A stretch of 63,810 nucleotides of DNA, the filler included, from Choristocarpus tenellus KU-1152 (lineage: Eukaryota > Protista > Phaeophyceae): NCBI GenBank assembly GCA_964200185.2. It is 7 parts of 7 records of this genome, joined end to end, with 100 filler letters (N's around TTAATTAATTAA, not from the genome) between each part and the next. Parts side by side here need not be neighbours in the genome. Positions count along the whole stretch, not along the records: positions 23,082 to 29,095 come from CAXNAD020009169.1; positions 29,196 to 33,259 come from CAXNAD020016405.1; positions 33,360 to 61,046 come from CAXNAD020000140.1; 4 more parts are not named here. One strand, 5' to 3'. Numbering within the stretch: position 1 is the stretch's first letter; every line of letters begins with the position of its first letter. The position numbers and the translations under genes are program-made. Under the pieces are notes generated by a model that ran no database searches, was not told the origin of the DNA, and saw nothing but the letters and a program-made list of their open reading frames with translations. Positions 25,445 to 38,145 of this stretch are shown piece after piece.

Positions 25445-25741
25445 CTGTATGCCATACACCACTATACTGATTGATGTTCCTTATCAGGAATCTCGGATTC
25501 CAGTGGAGGATCTTTCGTGAGATCGAGGCGTGGAATCTTATAAGAGACCAATCCTACAAATAGTAGATACTCTTCAATCAGAGATTTCAAACCTAAAATA
25601 CTCTCGTTGTGTTTCGTCTTGACATTCTGATGACCGCCCTCCCACGAGACTCTCATCACTCTACAGTTCTCTACAGTTTTGCACTTGTCCAACCTTAACC
25701 TCGTCCTCTCAGTTGCGATTCGTCTTGAACTGTCTGGTCCA
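25445..25741 (-). mobile_element. Family E (SINE-like) copy
   Basis: Colinear with 8756-9080 (GCCATACACC...CGTCTTGACATTCTGA...GCACTTGTCCAACCTTAA...TCTGGTCC). Confidence 0.55.
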
Positions 25742-26069
25742 TCTGGTAAAATGTCCTACTGTTAACTGTTAACAAGCATGTCACAGGTGTTGACTACTTC
25801 GACTCTTGTCTGCCCCCCTGACGAGCTCTTGCCCTGTCCGTCCTCTGTGTCGGTAACGTATTGAATTATCGAAATATGAATGTTGTTGGAAATTACTAGA
25901 CACCTACATTTGATTATCGATACTCCATGAAACAATTGGAACAGAGGACCTGACCAATCTTCATGTGATAATGTTCTCGTTATGGCTCAAAGTATCTGGG
26001 GGTGTGTGGCGGCTGTCCATTTGGGGTCAATTTTTTCATGCCGCGATTTTTGGGTTATTTGGTTCCATA

Positions 26070-28900
26070 AAACAGGGCTTTCTCAAGATTGAGGATGGTG
26101 CAGGACTATGAAGATGGTTGTGTCCACTTCTGATCCTCTAACTCAGGTACACTACTATCAATAACAATACGCGTCTTGTCTTGTTGATCTTACATACTAC
26201 AACATACTCCTCCCTTGCAATTCCAGCAAGTTGAAGTCGTTTAGGTGTGTGATGCTCTTGCTTGTTGCTGCAAAAGACTTGGCATTTCCAACTTATTCAA
26301 CTCTTCTCGGTCTCCACCTTGAAGTACTCCATCTAAGGACCTGGTCTCCTCTCCTTTTTCATTCTGCCACACGCGTTCTTGGCAAGGGGTGCCTACAGGA
26401 AACACAATCGGGGCAAGAGATTCTTTCGTGGAGAATTATTTTTGTCAGGTCCGACTATTGTTAGATCAGCACAGGAATATCTTTGATCCTATCTACATTT
26501 ACATAAATAGATCTTCTCCTAAGTATCTCCCTTGTTTTTCTGTTTGCTGTAACACTCCGTGTGTTTTTTCATCTTGAAGATGTGTCTTCATTAGTTGATT
26601 AGGTACGTAATTTTACAATGTCCGTTTGAAGTGTATTCCAGTAAGTTCATACCAAGAATAATTGTCTGAAAGAAATACAAATCTCATCTCAGACCTTGTC
26701 CTTCAGAGTACCTAGTCCACATAACAGTATAAAAGAACATCACACTTTTTAAATCCAAGCAGTCATATCAGCACAACCACTTTGACGATATGGACTGGCA
26801 AAGGTCAGAAGAACCTCCTCCACATGGTGGAAGTGCCGATACCAAAATGTTGTCTTCATAGCAATAAAGTGCTTTTGTCCAATGAGGAAGGAACCAGCAA
26901 CAAGAAGATCGCAAGCCAAATGAAAGATGTTAAATGTGAAACATATGGAAGCATGTATGATGTATGAAAGTTGCCATAGGTATGGAGAAAATCTCATGCA
27001 TCATAGCTTTAAATGCCTCGCAAGTTATGGAAAACCTCATTCTTCATTTCTATTATTCAAGCTAAGTTGGAATGATAATAATGTGTGGGTGGAAAAAAGT
27101 GTACTGTTTGCGTCTCTGAACGTATGTGTATACTCACATATATAACTTGGTGACAACCCTATACCACGCGTATCACGTAGGTGATGTCGCGTATTTAAAA
27201 TCTTTGTGGCAAACACCGAGAATGGACGCTAGGAAACATCACACTTACTTCCATAGTAAAAATTGTTCAAGTGTCCCCAAAGTGACTACTACCACTGTAA
27301 GGTAGTCGCTGGAAGAATGAGTTGTGAAGGAAGGAAGGGTTGAGGTGCCCACACCCCTACTAAACTTTCTATCTTCCCTGGTTACTGCTCTGATGAGTGC
27401 ATGGCCAGTGGTTGTGCAGTGTTGGTCGTGAGATCTTGGCCAGGAGCAGCAGTTGTCAGGAATTTGCTGCAGGGCCCTGTCTTGATGAGAGCGTACTTGA
27501 CTGCAAGAGAATTCCTGGCAAACATGAGAGCGTGGTACATCCTGAATAATGGTGATCAAAATGCAAGAGAAGAACAAATGGACAATGAGAGGATTAAATG
27601 GATAATGTGAGTAGGTGTGTGATCAAGTAGGGTCAGCTCTACTCAAATTCGGAAAGGAAATTGAATACAGAGCGAAGCGGGAACTGCTTCCATGCATGGC
27701 TGCAAGGTCATCTCTCCATTATATTGTGCCCCTGAAGCTATGCTCTGAAGCGGTGGCATCTCTGGAGCCACCCATTTGGTATGCAGGATAATCCTAACAC
27801 TGCCTCTATCTATTTGATGTGCAGGCATGCTTGAGTCACAGAAGCCATTGGTGACCACCATAGCTAATCATGAATAGGTTAAGCCCTGTGTTACTTCTAT
27901 TTGACGTTTGTGCACACTGGAAGTCACACAGAGTGACACTATTCCTTTTTTGAAGCGAAAAAACTCCACAGGAGTTTCAAAGGTACCCAGAAGAGCAGGA
28001 AAATATCACTGGATCACAGGCTTCAATCTTTCGTTTAATTTGTTTGTGACTCAGTTCTAAGGAACACACTGATAGCCATCCAAAGGAGGACTAGGGAAAT
28101 GCAAATCGGAAGCCTGTAAGTGTAAGACACTGATATGGCAATGGGCTGATCAGCAAAGTCCCAAAAGCTTATTGCAGCCTCGTAGAACCATTGTCTGTAA
28201 CATATACAGTGGACCTAGCGGAGTGTCCATGTCAAACCACCATAAAGTAGAATCCCCAAGCAAGTACTTCAGCACTGATCATTCAAATCTAAAGTTCAAG
28301 TGATGTGTCTGTGGTTCTGCCAAAGAGCATTTGGGTTTACTCGTTGAAACAACCCCAGGAATTTTGAGCCTGTTGACAGATCTCGGCTGTGATATCATCT
28401 TCATCACTGATGGTGCCTCCAATGTAAACAATCTTGTCAATCTTCTTAAAGCTCTAGTCCAAAGCCCGCCCAGATCTGGATAATGCCTGCAACTTTGTTG
28501 TGGGGTTGAAGGCATGTGTCCTCTGTGTTCAACTCCCGCAAGGTCAGTCCAAATGGCCTGACTAGCAATAACTGTAGTCATTCTGGCTAAACCTTCTTGA
28601 GACTTGGACACAACTTCCACAACGTCAATCTGCGTCTTTACACCTACAACGATCAAACACAGTGTGAAAGTAAAAGAATAAACAAACGTCATAAATCAAT
28701 ACATATATGCTGGTGAGTAGTAGAAGCCCAGTATACTTTCTAAAATATGTGGAAAAAGTGAAACAAAAAATGATTATGGGGTCAGTGGCTTGTGTGAGCT
28801 GATCTATCTCTAGGTTGGGAGTTGCCATCCTCCAGAAGAGTGGAAGGCAAAAGGGCTCTACAGGAGGGACTCTTCTTGACAGTGGAGAACACATAGCAAC
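26070..28900 (-). mobile_element. Highly decayed Ty3/Gypsy pol (RT-RNaseH-integrase order)
   Basis: Remnant motifs in Gypsy order: RT (DLAG; KPKCSL..HL), RNaseH-like region at about 27700-28000, integrase (HVCQEFSCSQV; LPS...DYLTVVV; TFWYRHF...SPYRQSG), then a GPY/F-like tail. Numerous stops and frameshifts. Confidence 0.55.
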
Positions 28901-29299
28901 GACCTTTTGAGTATGGCATTGCTAACCATTTTCACACAAATGCGTCAATTGATCCCTTGACACTGAAATATTGGTACCAAGGCCTAGCCCCCCTGGTATC
29001 AGTACCCTCTTTTTCCGTCTACTTACTCAGATATCAGACCCAAAGTACATGGGGGGGGGGGGTGGAGGCTGTCCATTTGGGGTCAATTTGTTCATNNNNN
29101 NNNNNNNNNNNNNNNNNNNNNNNNNNNNNNNNNNNNNNNTTAATTAATTAANNNNNNNNNNNNNNNNNNNNNNNNNNNNNNNNNNNNNNNNNNNNAAGTT
29201 GGCCATGCAGCCGTAGAAAGCGGTGGGCATGATGCCGTCGCCACTAAAAAGCCCCCCAGATAGTTTGGGTCCATCCATCTCCACGAGGGAGATAAACTT

Positions 29300-30990
29300 C
29301 TCTGCTATAGCTGCCTCTGAGCAGCTGTAGATAGACCGTACGAGGTGGGTATAGTACTAACATGGATATGACCTACGCCGTGTCATGCCAGGCCCACCAG
29401 CCCACACTCTCTGAACTGGAACTCCTAGCTACTGTGGGAATCAACCTCGCTCTGAAACCAAATAATTTTTCACTCTGAAGGCTCCAGTAGGGACAGACTA
29501 ACTTATTCAAGGCCATACAGCCGGGGTGATCAAGAGCTTAGGCTCACCAATGCTGACCATGCACCTGAGTGAGATGGAGGATAAACAGGTTGCCTGGCTC
29601 CTCGACTCCTGGCTCCTCTCTGACCGTTTGGATTATTGGTGAAGGCCATCCACCTCAATTGGCACGCTCCATCACGGAACAAGTTGACAAGACCTTGCTG
29701 TGAACTCTGGAGAAGATAATCGAGGTAGCAGATTCAACCAGAGTCAACAACTACAGCCACAAATGACCACAAGTCCAGGGGGACCATACCTATTCTCCAT
29801 GACACATCATCAGCATGCAGCTTTCATGGATCGCTAGGGCCACTATCCCCACCCTCCTAGCTAGGCAGCAAGGACCTCATTGAGAGTTTTTTGCCCAGGC
29901 TATTTATGTGAGCCCCACAGTCCAGGCCGTAGGATCTTCACTCCACACCCTCCTCTCACCTGGAATCTCTTCCGAAGACTTGGTGGGAAGTATTGGCCAA
30001 GGCTGTTTAGACTGAGCAGGAACAACAACCCCTGCTCCTGCCCCTGTCCCAGAGTCCCGCACTCTAGCAGGTCCTGAAGCCAGGATCATAAGGAGGGCAC
30101 AGCACAAAATCACCCGCCTCCAGAACAGGATCCCTTTTGATTCATTTTGGACACAACTGGCCAACTTCCTCGATGATGCAGAACAAGGGAGGGAAAGTAC
30201 TTCACTAGCGTTAACCTGTCACTGGAGCCGATATGGACAATGACTCAATGAATGGGCTTCCACATGAGACACTTTGAACCAGCACTCTGGATTCCTCCTG
30301 TAGAGCTTAGACTTGCCACCAGCTGATCTCGAAGGAGAAAGGAGGCCCTATCTAACAGGTGCACGGCAGTGAGGTGAAGGAGGCACAATATTGACACTGG
30401 ACATGCCTGCATATACCCTAGAGTGGGAGGACACGAATGCCTGGACATGCCTATGGTGAAACGGCTAGGTCAAATCTTCTAGGGAATGGATATCCCTTTC
30501 ACTATGGAGGATGGCAGCCCGTTTACAGTGAGCGGAAACTTGCGCATGGATGTGGTGCTCCATGCTGGGGCACTATCAGACATTCGCTCAGTTCCCTACT
30601 GCGATAAAGGCCTCCTTCTGGATATTAATTTGCAGAAATCGAAGCAGCCCATTTACCTTACTCATCCACCAACAATGATGTAGGAGGTACTGCCGTAGCC
30701 GAACCACAAAAGTGCACCCACAATGAAGGTTCTTTAGAGCCTCGTAGCTATTAATCTCGGCGACTTCATGGAGGAAGGTTTGGAGCACCTTAGAAATCAA
30801 ACAGAGAGTTTCTTGGATGAGTTACCCATGCACGCAGAAGGGGGGGGAGGGGTGGGAAGTTATAGCAGGAAAGGGGCTGTCAAGTCCAGTCTGAGACAGA
30901 TAGTGCCTGTCACTGTGCAAGTGGCTCTCTCAAGACGGGTCATGTTTCCAGCTAGAGACACCAGGCAGATCCTTTCAGATTATTGGGGTG
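29300..30990 (+). mobile_element. Decayed CRE-like non-LTR retrotransposon (RT C-terminal region plus restriction-like endonuclease)
   Basis: Interrupted frames: APVGTD*LIQGH...EMEDKQVAWLL, a QMTTSPGG...HAAF remnant of the GGLG motif, a Cys/His knuckle remnant (RCTAVR...DTGHACIYP), and an RLE-like NLRMDVV...GLLLDI. Many stops. Confidence 0.6.
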
Positions 30991-31436
30991 CTCCCCCAAC
31001 TCCTTGCCCACCTTCATTTGGCTGTAACACTTTGCAGTGAATAGCCTTCAAAGGGGACACCGTTGCATTGTTGGTTTTCAAATAGATAATATATTTTAGA
31101 GAGTTATATTTGCATTGATGACGGCTGTTATTTTATCAGCAGTCTTTATGATATAGTTTGGGTTTGTCCCTGGCACACCTACACAATGAGAATATCTCAT
31201 TCAGTCTGGGGTACATGCATAGCATCATACTGCTCCATCAACCTCCAATTTCCAAGATGCGGAAATCCGAAATTACTAGAGTTGGTTGCGGCCAGCCTAT
31301 AGAATTTCTCGTGTGTAAGGCCCTGATTTCAGTGTTTAATTGGTTTGCTTCCCCTCATCTCTTTCTCGATCTTCTTAAAGTTGGCATTACCTGTATCTAC
31401 CGTTGGTCCCTCCTTCCCAGAAAGAATAAGTCAACA

Positions 31437-31616
31437 GGCTCAAAGTATCTGGGGGGGGGTGGCGGCTGTCCATTTGGGGTCAATTTTTTCATGTCGCGAT
31501 TTTTGGGTGATTTGGTTTCATACACCTGATGGATAATATATATTAGCTTTTCTTGACTTTGACCCAAATGGATACCCTGATGTCGACCCCCCCACCACCC
31601 ACAGATACTTTGGGTC
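31437..31616. mobile_element. MITE family A (about 180 bp, G-tract subtermini), complete copy
   Basis: TIRs GGCTCAAAGTATCTG / CAGATACTTTGGGTC, with ACA duplicated on both flanks. Other copies: 7670-7850, and partial ones at about 5680-5735, 22898-22981, 23150-23441, 25984-26070, 29037-29271, 33164-33240 and 60943-61003. Confidence 0.8.
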
Positions 31617-32206
31617 ACACCATGTCACAAGCTACGCATCATCTCCCCAAGATTAATATCACTACAAACATCAGTATTACACAGGTTCAATTCCATTAGC
31701 AGCACACACCAATACAGAAAAAGGTATTGGTGTACACACTGGCACAGAAATTTATGCATAAGTGTGTGCACATAATTTACCCTTCCACAGGTGCAACAGA
31801 TGTACAGATAGTAGCATCATAACTACTGGTATTGTTAGCTTTCTATTTTACAGAGCTATAATCTTACTCTCACTGACTGTTGAGTGTTGCTTTGGCTCAA
31901 TACTAATCCTGTGGCAGAGGCTAGTAGGAAGTTGTAAAGAACAATAAGTCAGAAAAGTAATATGCCCTGCAAGAATGGAAGCTGGTAGGAGTAGGAATAT
32001 CCAAGGTGGCTTTGATGTTGAACCACTCTCAACGATTAGTTGACCAGTTTGAGTGCTTGCCACTGCTGAGAAAAAAAAACAGAGTTGTGGAGGCTGTATG
32101 GCGGCAGAGAGGATGCTGTTGTCAGCACACCAGTAGATATATAGCTGCAGTGTATTTCTTATCTGGCCACATGACGCCTTCTCTTCCCCAACCACCAAAC
32201 TGGTGC

Positions 32207-32781
32207 AACCCAAAGCACTTAAGAGGGTAGGGCCGAGTCCGTTCAGAGTCATAAATCCAATGTTGCGATTTTGATTCATTTTGGCTATGGTGTTTGATAG
32301 CAAGTGCCAAGATATCCTTGCTCCGGACACACCTTCATAGTCTTACATATTTTAGGTAACTGCGTTATCACAGAAAACCGAAAAAGGGCATAAAAGAATC
32401 AATGGTGAGCCAAGCCTCGAACGGACATAGAGGGAAAAATTTCTACCCTCTTAAATGCTTTGACTCTGCAGTAGGTTTGCTGCTGTGGTTGGTGGCGCAC
32501 ACTTCACTTTAAAAAAATTAATTGGCCAAAATGTCTTCGAGGGTAGAACCTAGTCTATTTGGGGACCAAAATCCAATATTGCGATTTGATGTAATTTCAG
32601 CTATCATATTAACTAAAAAGTGTCAATATCCTTGTTCTAGACACACCTTTTCAAAACATATGCATTTTACCTACTCCAAAACATTTTGGAGTAGGTAAAA
32701 TATCATTTTAAAAAATGTGGGAAGCCAAGCCCAAAACGGACAAACAGGGCAAAACTCGTACCCCCTAAGATACTTTCACTC
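32207..32781. mobile_element. Two adjacent MITE family B copies (32207-32466 more diverged; 32524-32781)
   Basis: Both are colinear with 1595-1854. The second has an internal palindrome TTTTACCTACTCCAAAA-CA-TTTTGGAGTAGGTAAAA. Confidence 0.7.
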
Positions 32782-34267
32782 TAATGCCAGTACTTACTAT
32801 GTTGAGGAGTTGTGCTTGACTCACGAGCTGCAGTACATTGATACTCACAGGAGCATGGGACATACGGATTCCACACTATGTCTGACCCTGCAATTGACTG
32901 TAACCAGTTCACACATTTAGTGCATGCTTACAATCTACAAAAGCTGTGGTATTATAACTTATTGTGAAGTACTGGGAGAGAGTGGATCAGTGTGCAACTA
33001 GGTACATCCAGTATTCTTGTAAAGGATACTGTAGTTGTAACGTATGGATTGAGCTGCTCTGAAACACTGAGGTGCAGAGTACATCACAATACAATGCACT
33101 GGATGCACCAGACAAGCTCAAAGTACTCGATTGTACCTACTTATCCAGTGAAAGGGAAGTATTGACCCAAAGTATCTGGGGGGGGGTGGGGGGTGGGGTA
33201 TACACGAGGGTGTCCATTTGGACCATAACCAGCAAAAGTGCCGAGTGAAAGTATCTTAGNNNNNNNNNNNNNNNNNNNNNNNNNNNNNNNNNNNNNNNNN
33301 NNNTTAATTAATTAANNNNNNNNNNNNNNNNNNNNNNNNNNNNNNNNNNNNNNNNNNNNGGAGGAGGGAAGGGGGGGGGGGAGTAGGGGGGGGTTCTGAG
33401 GTGATAATAGCAATTATGGAAGGTTTCCCAGAGCTACACCCGGATGCCCCACTGATTTGAGTGAGGGAGGGAGAAAGGTGGAGGGTACTGACGAGGGGGC
33501 AAGCTACATGTAGCCTGAGAGGAATAGCCAAATAGCTCAAGTTGAAACCCAGAAGAAAATGCCCTGCATTCAGGGAGGATAGGGGGAGCCACCAGGCTGG
33601 CAATCTGGGGAGTTTTAGAGATGGTAATTCAGAGGGAGGGGAGATGGATGTCAACTGCGTTCATGGTGTATGTAAGGGCCAACCAGAGGGGCTCGGTGTG
33701 GGGTTTCGATGGGTCTGGCAGAGAGTAGTAAGGGTGGGTTCAACCAGAGCGGGACTTAAAGTTTGATCTAGAAGAGAAATCGACCCCGAATGAGAGGGGA
33801 GGTCAAGTCCGGGCGGGGTAGATGTCTTTTAGCTCAAAGGCACGGTATAAAGGGGATGATGAAGGGGTGTTGTTGGATGATTGTGGAGTGGTGTTGAATG
33901 GTGTGGTGGAGTGGTAAGTGGGGTGGGGTTGAGTGGGGTTGAAAGGGGTGGTAGAGACCGGAAATCAGTGGCGAAAGGGTGTGCTGGTTGGTCATCAGAT
34001 ATGGGGGTGACTGGAAATCAGGGGCGAAGGGGGTTTGCCCTGGTTGGTCATCAGATATGGGGGTGACTGGAAATCAGTGGCGAAGAGGTCGCACTGGTTG
34101 GTCTCAAGGGTTGTTAGAACGTGGGGAGAAAAGGGAATAGGGAGCAATACAAATGTAGAATAAAATAATAATAATCCAGAACACGTGACCAAAACAAAGC
34201 ATGATTATGCGATTACAACAAACGAATTTTCATGAAAAAAATCGTTGTAAATCAAAAGTTATGGGAC

Positions 34268-34690
34268 GACAAAGTTGATCCAGGACGCGACTTCCACAAT
34301 TATCTCTATCTTTGAACGCTTTCATTTCCGAAACTTTGTTGGTGATTCTCTTCACCACCCTTCAGGGAACCACGCCCCCACAAAATCAGATGTTTCGTAT
34401 TGGTGATACTGGTGAATTCAGAGGTCGGAGTGTTATTTTTTGTTCACTCGGTGATTCCAATAATCCAGAATTCGTGAGGGAAGCAAAACTCAGATTCGTT
34501 GTTGATAAGTTTGATGAAAAGTTATGCCACGACAAAGTTGATCTAGGATGCTGCACAATTATCTATATCTTTTGAACGGTTTCTTTTCCGAAACTTTGTT
34601 GGTGATTCTCTTCATTGCCCTTCCTTGAGGGAACCACGCCTCCACAAAATCAATTGTTTCATATTGGGAATACTGGTGAACTGAGAGCTA
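34268..34690. repeat. Tandem duplication, unit about 262 bp
   Basis: GACAAAGTTGATC...CCGAAACTTTGTTGGTGATTCTCTTCA...ATACTGGTGAA starts at about 34268 and 34531. Confidence 0.8.
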
Positions 34691-34691
34691 A

Positions 34692-34756
34692 GGTTATTGG
34701 CGAGCCTGCTAAGTTCGTGTGAATTGCACGCGTGAGTTCGAATCTCACCGATGTCG
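34692..34756 (+). pseudogene. tRNA-Ser(GCU)-derived sequence lacking its 5' acceptor strand (probable SINE head)
   Basis: Anticodon arm CGAGC-CTGCTAA-GTTCG (GCT at 34708-34710), long variable arm TGTG-AATTG-CACG, T arm GTGAG-TTCGAAT-CTCAC, 3' acceptor strand CGATGTC plus G. No complementary GACATCG upstream. Confidence 0.7.
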
Positions 34757-34975
34757 ACAATGTGAATCGTGTGATTCTGTGGCGGCGTGGTTCACTCAAG
34801 CAAGGGTGGTGAAGAGAATCACCGAGGAAGACGGACCACACGAACAAGGATGAACCGTGACCGAGGGTACGAGGTTAAGGTTGGACAAGTACAAACTTAG
34901 GAGTGATGAGCACCATCAAATATGCGGCTTCATCATGAGTCAAGACGTGATAATAAAGTGGATCTTCCATGTGTG
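34692..34975 (+). mobile_element. tRNA-Ser-headed SINE-like repeat (family E), head-bearing copy
   Basis: The body after the tRNA part (GGGTGGTGAAGAGAATCAC...GAGGTTAAGGTTGGACAAGT...TCAAGACG) recurs in reverse orientation at about 8756-9165 and about 25445-25741. Confidence 0.55.
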
Positions 34976-35399
34976 ACATTTATACAGAAAGTATGTCCGT
35001 GAAATCATGGACTATTTTTTCCACATGCTGTACTGACTGTATTGGTATTTGTGGTTTACCTGCTGTTTCTAATAATCCAGAATAATTATATAATTATATA
35101 ATAAAATCCAGAATTTATGAGAAAGCAAGACCCAGATTAATTCTTAACCACCCCTTTTTTTACCTTACTCATATTGTTTGAAGTGTTTTGAGTGAAACCA
35201 TTCTGTAATATTTGTTTTCTTTGAAATTTATCCACTTATGGAAAAATTATCTGAATCTCAATAAATATAATTAGTAAAAACAAATATAGTAGGTTATCTT
35301 GTTCTTGATGCAATCTCGTAGTCGTTACTATGACTATGGTGGAGGTAGAACACTTATTGTAGATACTAGAGAGTCCACGAACGTTTTGAGTTCTTCGTA

Positions 35400-36800
35400 A
35401 TAGCTTCTGCAGTCTACCACCGGTAAAACAAGGTAAGTGGGTGAAGAGTACAAGAGATTGGACTATCTAGTCGCGAAATTCCTTTGGTTCAATAGGGGCT
35501 GCGATAGGGAATGATCATCTCCTCCTCCAATATTCATTTTCACTAGTTCGTTGAACTCTTGTGTGATAAGATCGCATCCCAGACTCTGGTGCGCCCACCT
35601 TGAATACGTTTTCAGGAAATTCTTCACTTTGGCTTGTCGAGACACTTCTCCGGCGCGCTTACAGCAAGACATTGGTGCTTCGATTCGTAGTTCGAATAGG
35701 ATGATCGTTTATTATGTGAATTGATGCACACGACTAGTATGTCCCCACCCTGTTCCTGAGTGGAGATCCTCACCTAATACTAACCGTGAAACTAGATGAA
35801 TGCCGAGGACGGGGATGAACATTCTCAGGACCTGACCAAGACAGAAGATGAGTATCATCTGGTGTGTATGCTGACAAAAACGAGCCTTGTCTCCCCGTGT
35901 CTAGTCCTCTCTTGTTCTTTTTTTGTCCGAATTCACTTAAGAGGGTTGTGTACTACCAAGTGAGTTTTCTGTGGCCCTTACTGATTGGTTTCGTTTCCCT
36001 TGTTTGTGGAAAATCACTTCGCTCGTCTTAGCCTCCCTTGGCAGGGCATACCCTCTACATTTCGTTCGATTTATGTCTGCAATCTACTTCCAGCTTAGGA
36101 GTTTCCAAGCTACTCCATTCCATGTTCAGTTGCACTTGATACACCTCCTCATGTATAGTAGGTAATATGATGCCACTTCAAACGGTGTTGAAGGTATATC
36201 CTCTCCGTCACAACTTTCACTTGGCCCTCTTTCCCACCCTTCCCGAAAAAAAATTCCCTGATCATTCCACATCAATATTTTATAGCTTGGAACAACCCTC
36301 TTTCGGCGTGTGTATCATGGCAGGATTCCTCCAGTTGTAAGAGCATGCAAAATGTACACCATTCCAAGGAGTAAACCCTTTTCTGACACGCCCCCCTGCC
36401 AACTCTCACTCGATGTTCAACAAACCTTGCCACTGGGACTGCTGCACCCCCCGCCAGGATTCTAGCCTGCATGATGGGGACTGGAGGTACTACAAGACAC
36501 GTGCTCATGTGCAAGAGGGGGTTATCAGTAAGCTCACAAGCCTCCTCCAAGCCAATAGTTACATCTTGTCAGAGGTACCAAGGGTGATTGGTTGAACGAT
36601 TCTCTCATCAAACCTTCCCACCTTGCAGACCTATTAAAAGGAAATTCTTGGGGTGCTTTGGCCGAATTTTTGGTTGAGGTGTCAAGTTCAAATGACGATA
36701 TAATTTATGACGGTGTTTCTCGTGGTGTGCTTGGTAAGGAGAGGGTGGTGTTGTGGCAAGGTACGGTGTGTATTCACACCGCTGGTATGTGGGCTTGGCT
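35400..36800 (-). mobile_element. Decayed LTR-retrotransposon fragments (chromodomain-like pol end; gag-like piece)
   Basis: VARFVEHRVRVGRG...VYSLEW resembles a chromoviral C-terminus; NFLKTYSRWAHQSLGC is gag-like; multiple stops. Confidence 0.3.
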
Positions 36801-37711
36801 ATATTTGTGGACTCTGTATGAAGGCAATAAAACGTTGAACTGCTCCTCTATATAAAGCCTATCGTTCTTCCCCCTATTTGGTAATTGTGTTAGAAATGTT
36901 TTTGGTTGTAGAAGCGCTCCGCAAACACCTGTTTTTCAATGATATTATGTTCATACTCCTGTGGTACTCATGCAAGTTCTTTACGTGCTATTGGTGACCT
37001 TCATAATGATGACATGGACAATTTTGATTTTGTAAGAGTAATGAGGACAAATTGTTGGTATTTTGACTTTTGTAACCTACAGAGTCAGGCACACTGACAT
37101 GAACAAGCACCACAACATACTAAAGTGATGGGATTTGCTTGGGCAACGACATGGTTCACCTCTCATGTAGGTAGACGGAGATGTGTTACTTCCAAGAAGT
37201 AAACCATATTTTAGATACTCAGAAAGACCACTCTCCTAGTTTGCTCTCCCCTTCATGTGTAATGCCCTGGGTGTGCTGGGGACAATGATCTTATATTTTG
37301 ACTGTCATGTCGACGTTGGTTCTCTTACGCATTAAATTATATTGTGTAGAAGTTCTGATATTGTTTTGCTTTGAACTTGCAATCTCACCACGGAGCAATG
37401 CACATTTTTCATTTTGAGCAAGTTACTCTTGGAAAATTGAAACCCTCTCCCTGAGCTCAGCTCCAAGCCCCGCCCCCCTTGTTCCCTCTCCCTTCCCTTC
37501 CGTACAGTCCATATGTTCCATCCTCTGGCACTGTCATACCCAGTCTGTTCCCTTCATCCCTCACCCTATGTCCTACCAAGCACCACCAGTTTCCAACAAA
37601 GCTCCCTAATATGGTCTTGGCTTACATTTCCATTTGAACTGGAGGCACGAAATGTGGTAGTACTGGATCTAGCAAATGTTGTCCATGATACATACAAAAA
37701 ATTACTAACCA

Positions 37712-38145
37712 GAGCCAAAGTACCTTAGAGGGTAGAGCTGCGTCCATTTTGGGGCCCAAAATCCAATGTTGCAATTTTAGTGTAATCTTGGCTATCGTTT
37801 TTATAAGCAGATGTCAATATCCTGGTTCCGGACACTCCTTTTCATAACGTATACATTTTACCTACTCTGAAATATTTTTACCCTGCTGTCAAAAGGTTGC
37901 ACAACATTCTAACTTCGGACACACATAGCTGTAGTCTGTATTGCCGTGTGATTCCGAATCAACTCTCACACTGCCAAGTCGTCATGATTAAAAAGAAGAT
38001 AGGAAAATAGTATTATGTATATAGTACAGAATTGAGACCAAAAATTATTTTTGGAGTAGGTAAAATGTTACTAAAAACATGTGGGCAGTTAAGCCCCAAA
38101 TGGCCAAACAGGAAAAAGCTCGTACCCTCTAAGATACTTTCACTC
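37712..38145. mobile_element. MITE family B copy with an internal insertion of about 165 bp, 35 bp upstream of the ABCG ATG
   Basis: GAGCCAAAGTACCTTAGAGGGTAG...GTACCCTCTAAGATACTTTCACTC; extra sequence at about 37879-38042 splits the internal palindrome. Confidence 0.8.

Noticed and set aside
25600-25666. Hammerhead-ribozyme-like words (TGATGA...GACGAAAC on the minus strand)
   Set aside because: The core reads GUGAUGA, and GAAAC is not conserved in the other two family E copies.
33400-33780. DIRS-like RT N-terminus (RLPAWW...AGHFLLG...YLAIPL)
   Set aside because: Resemblance too weak and truncated by a spacer; not supportable without a search.
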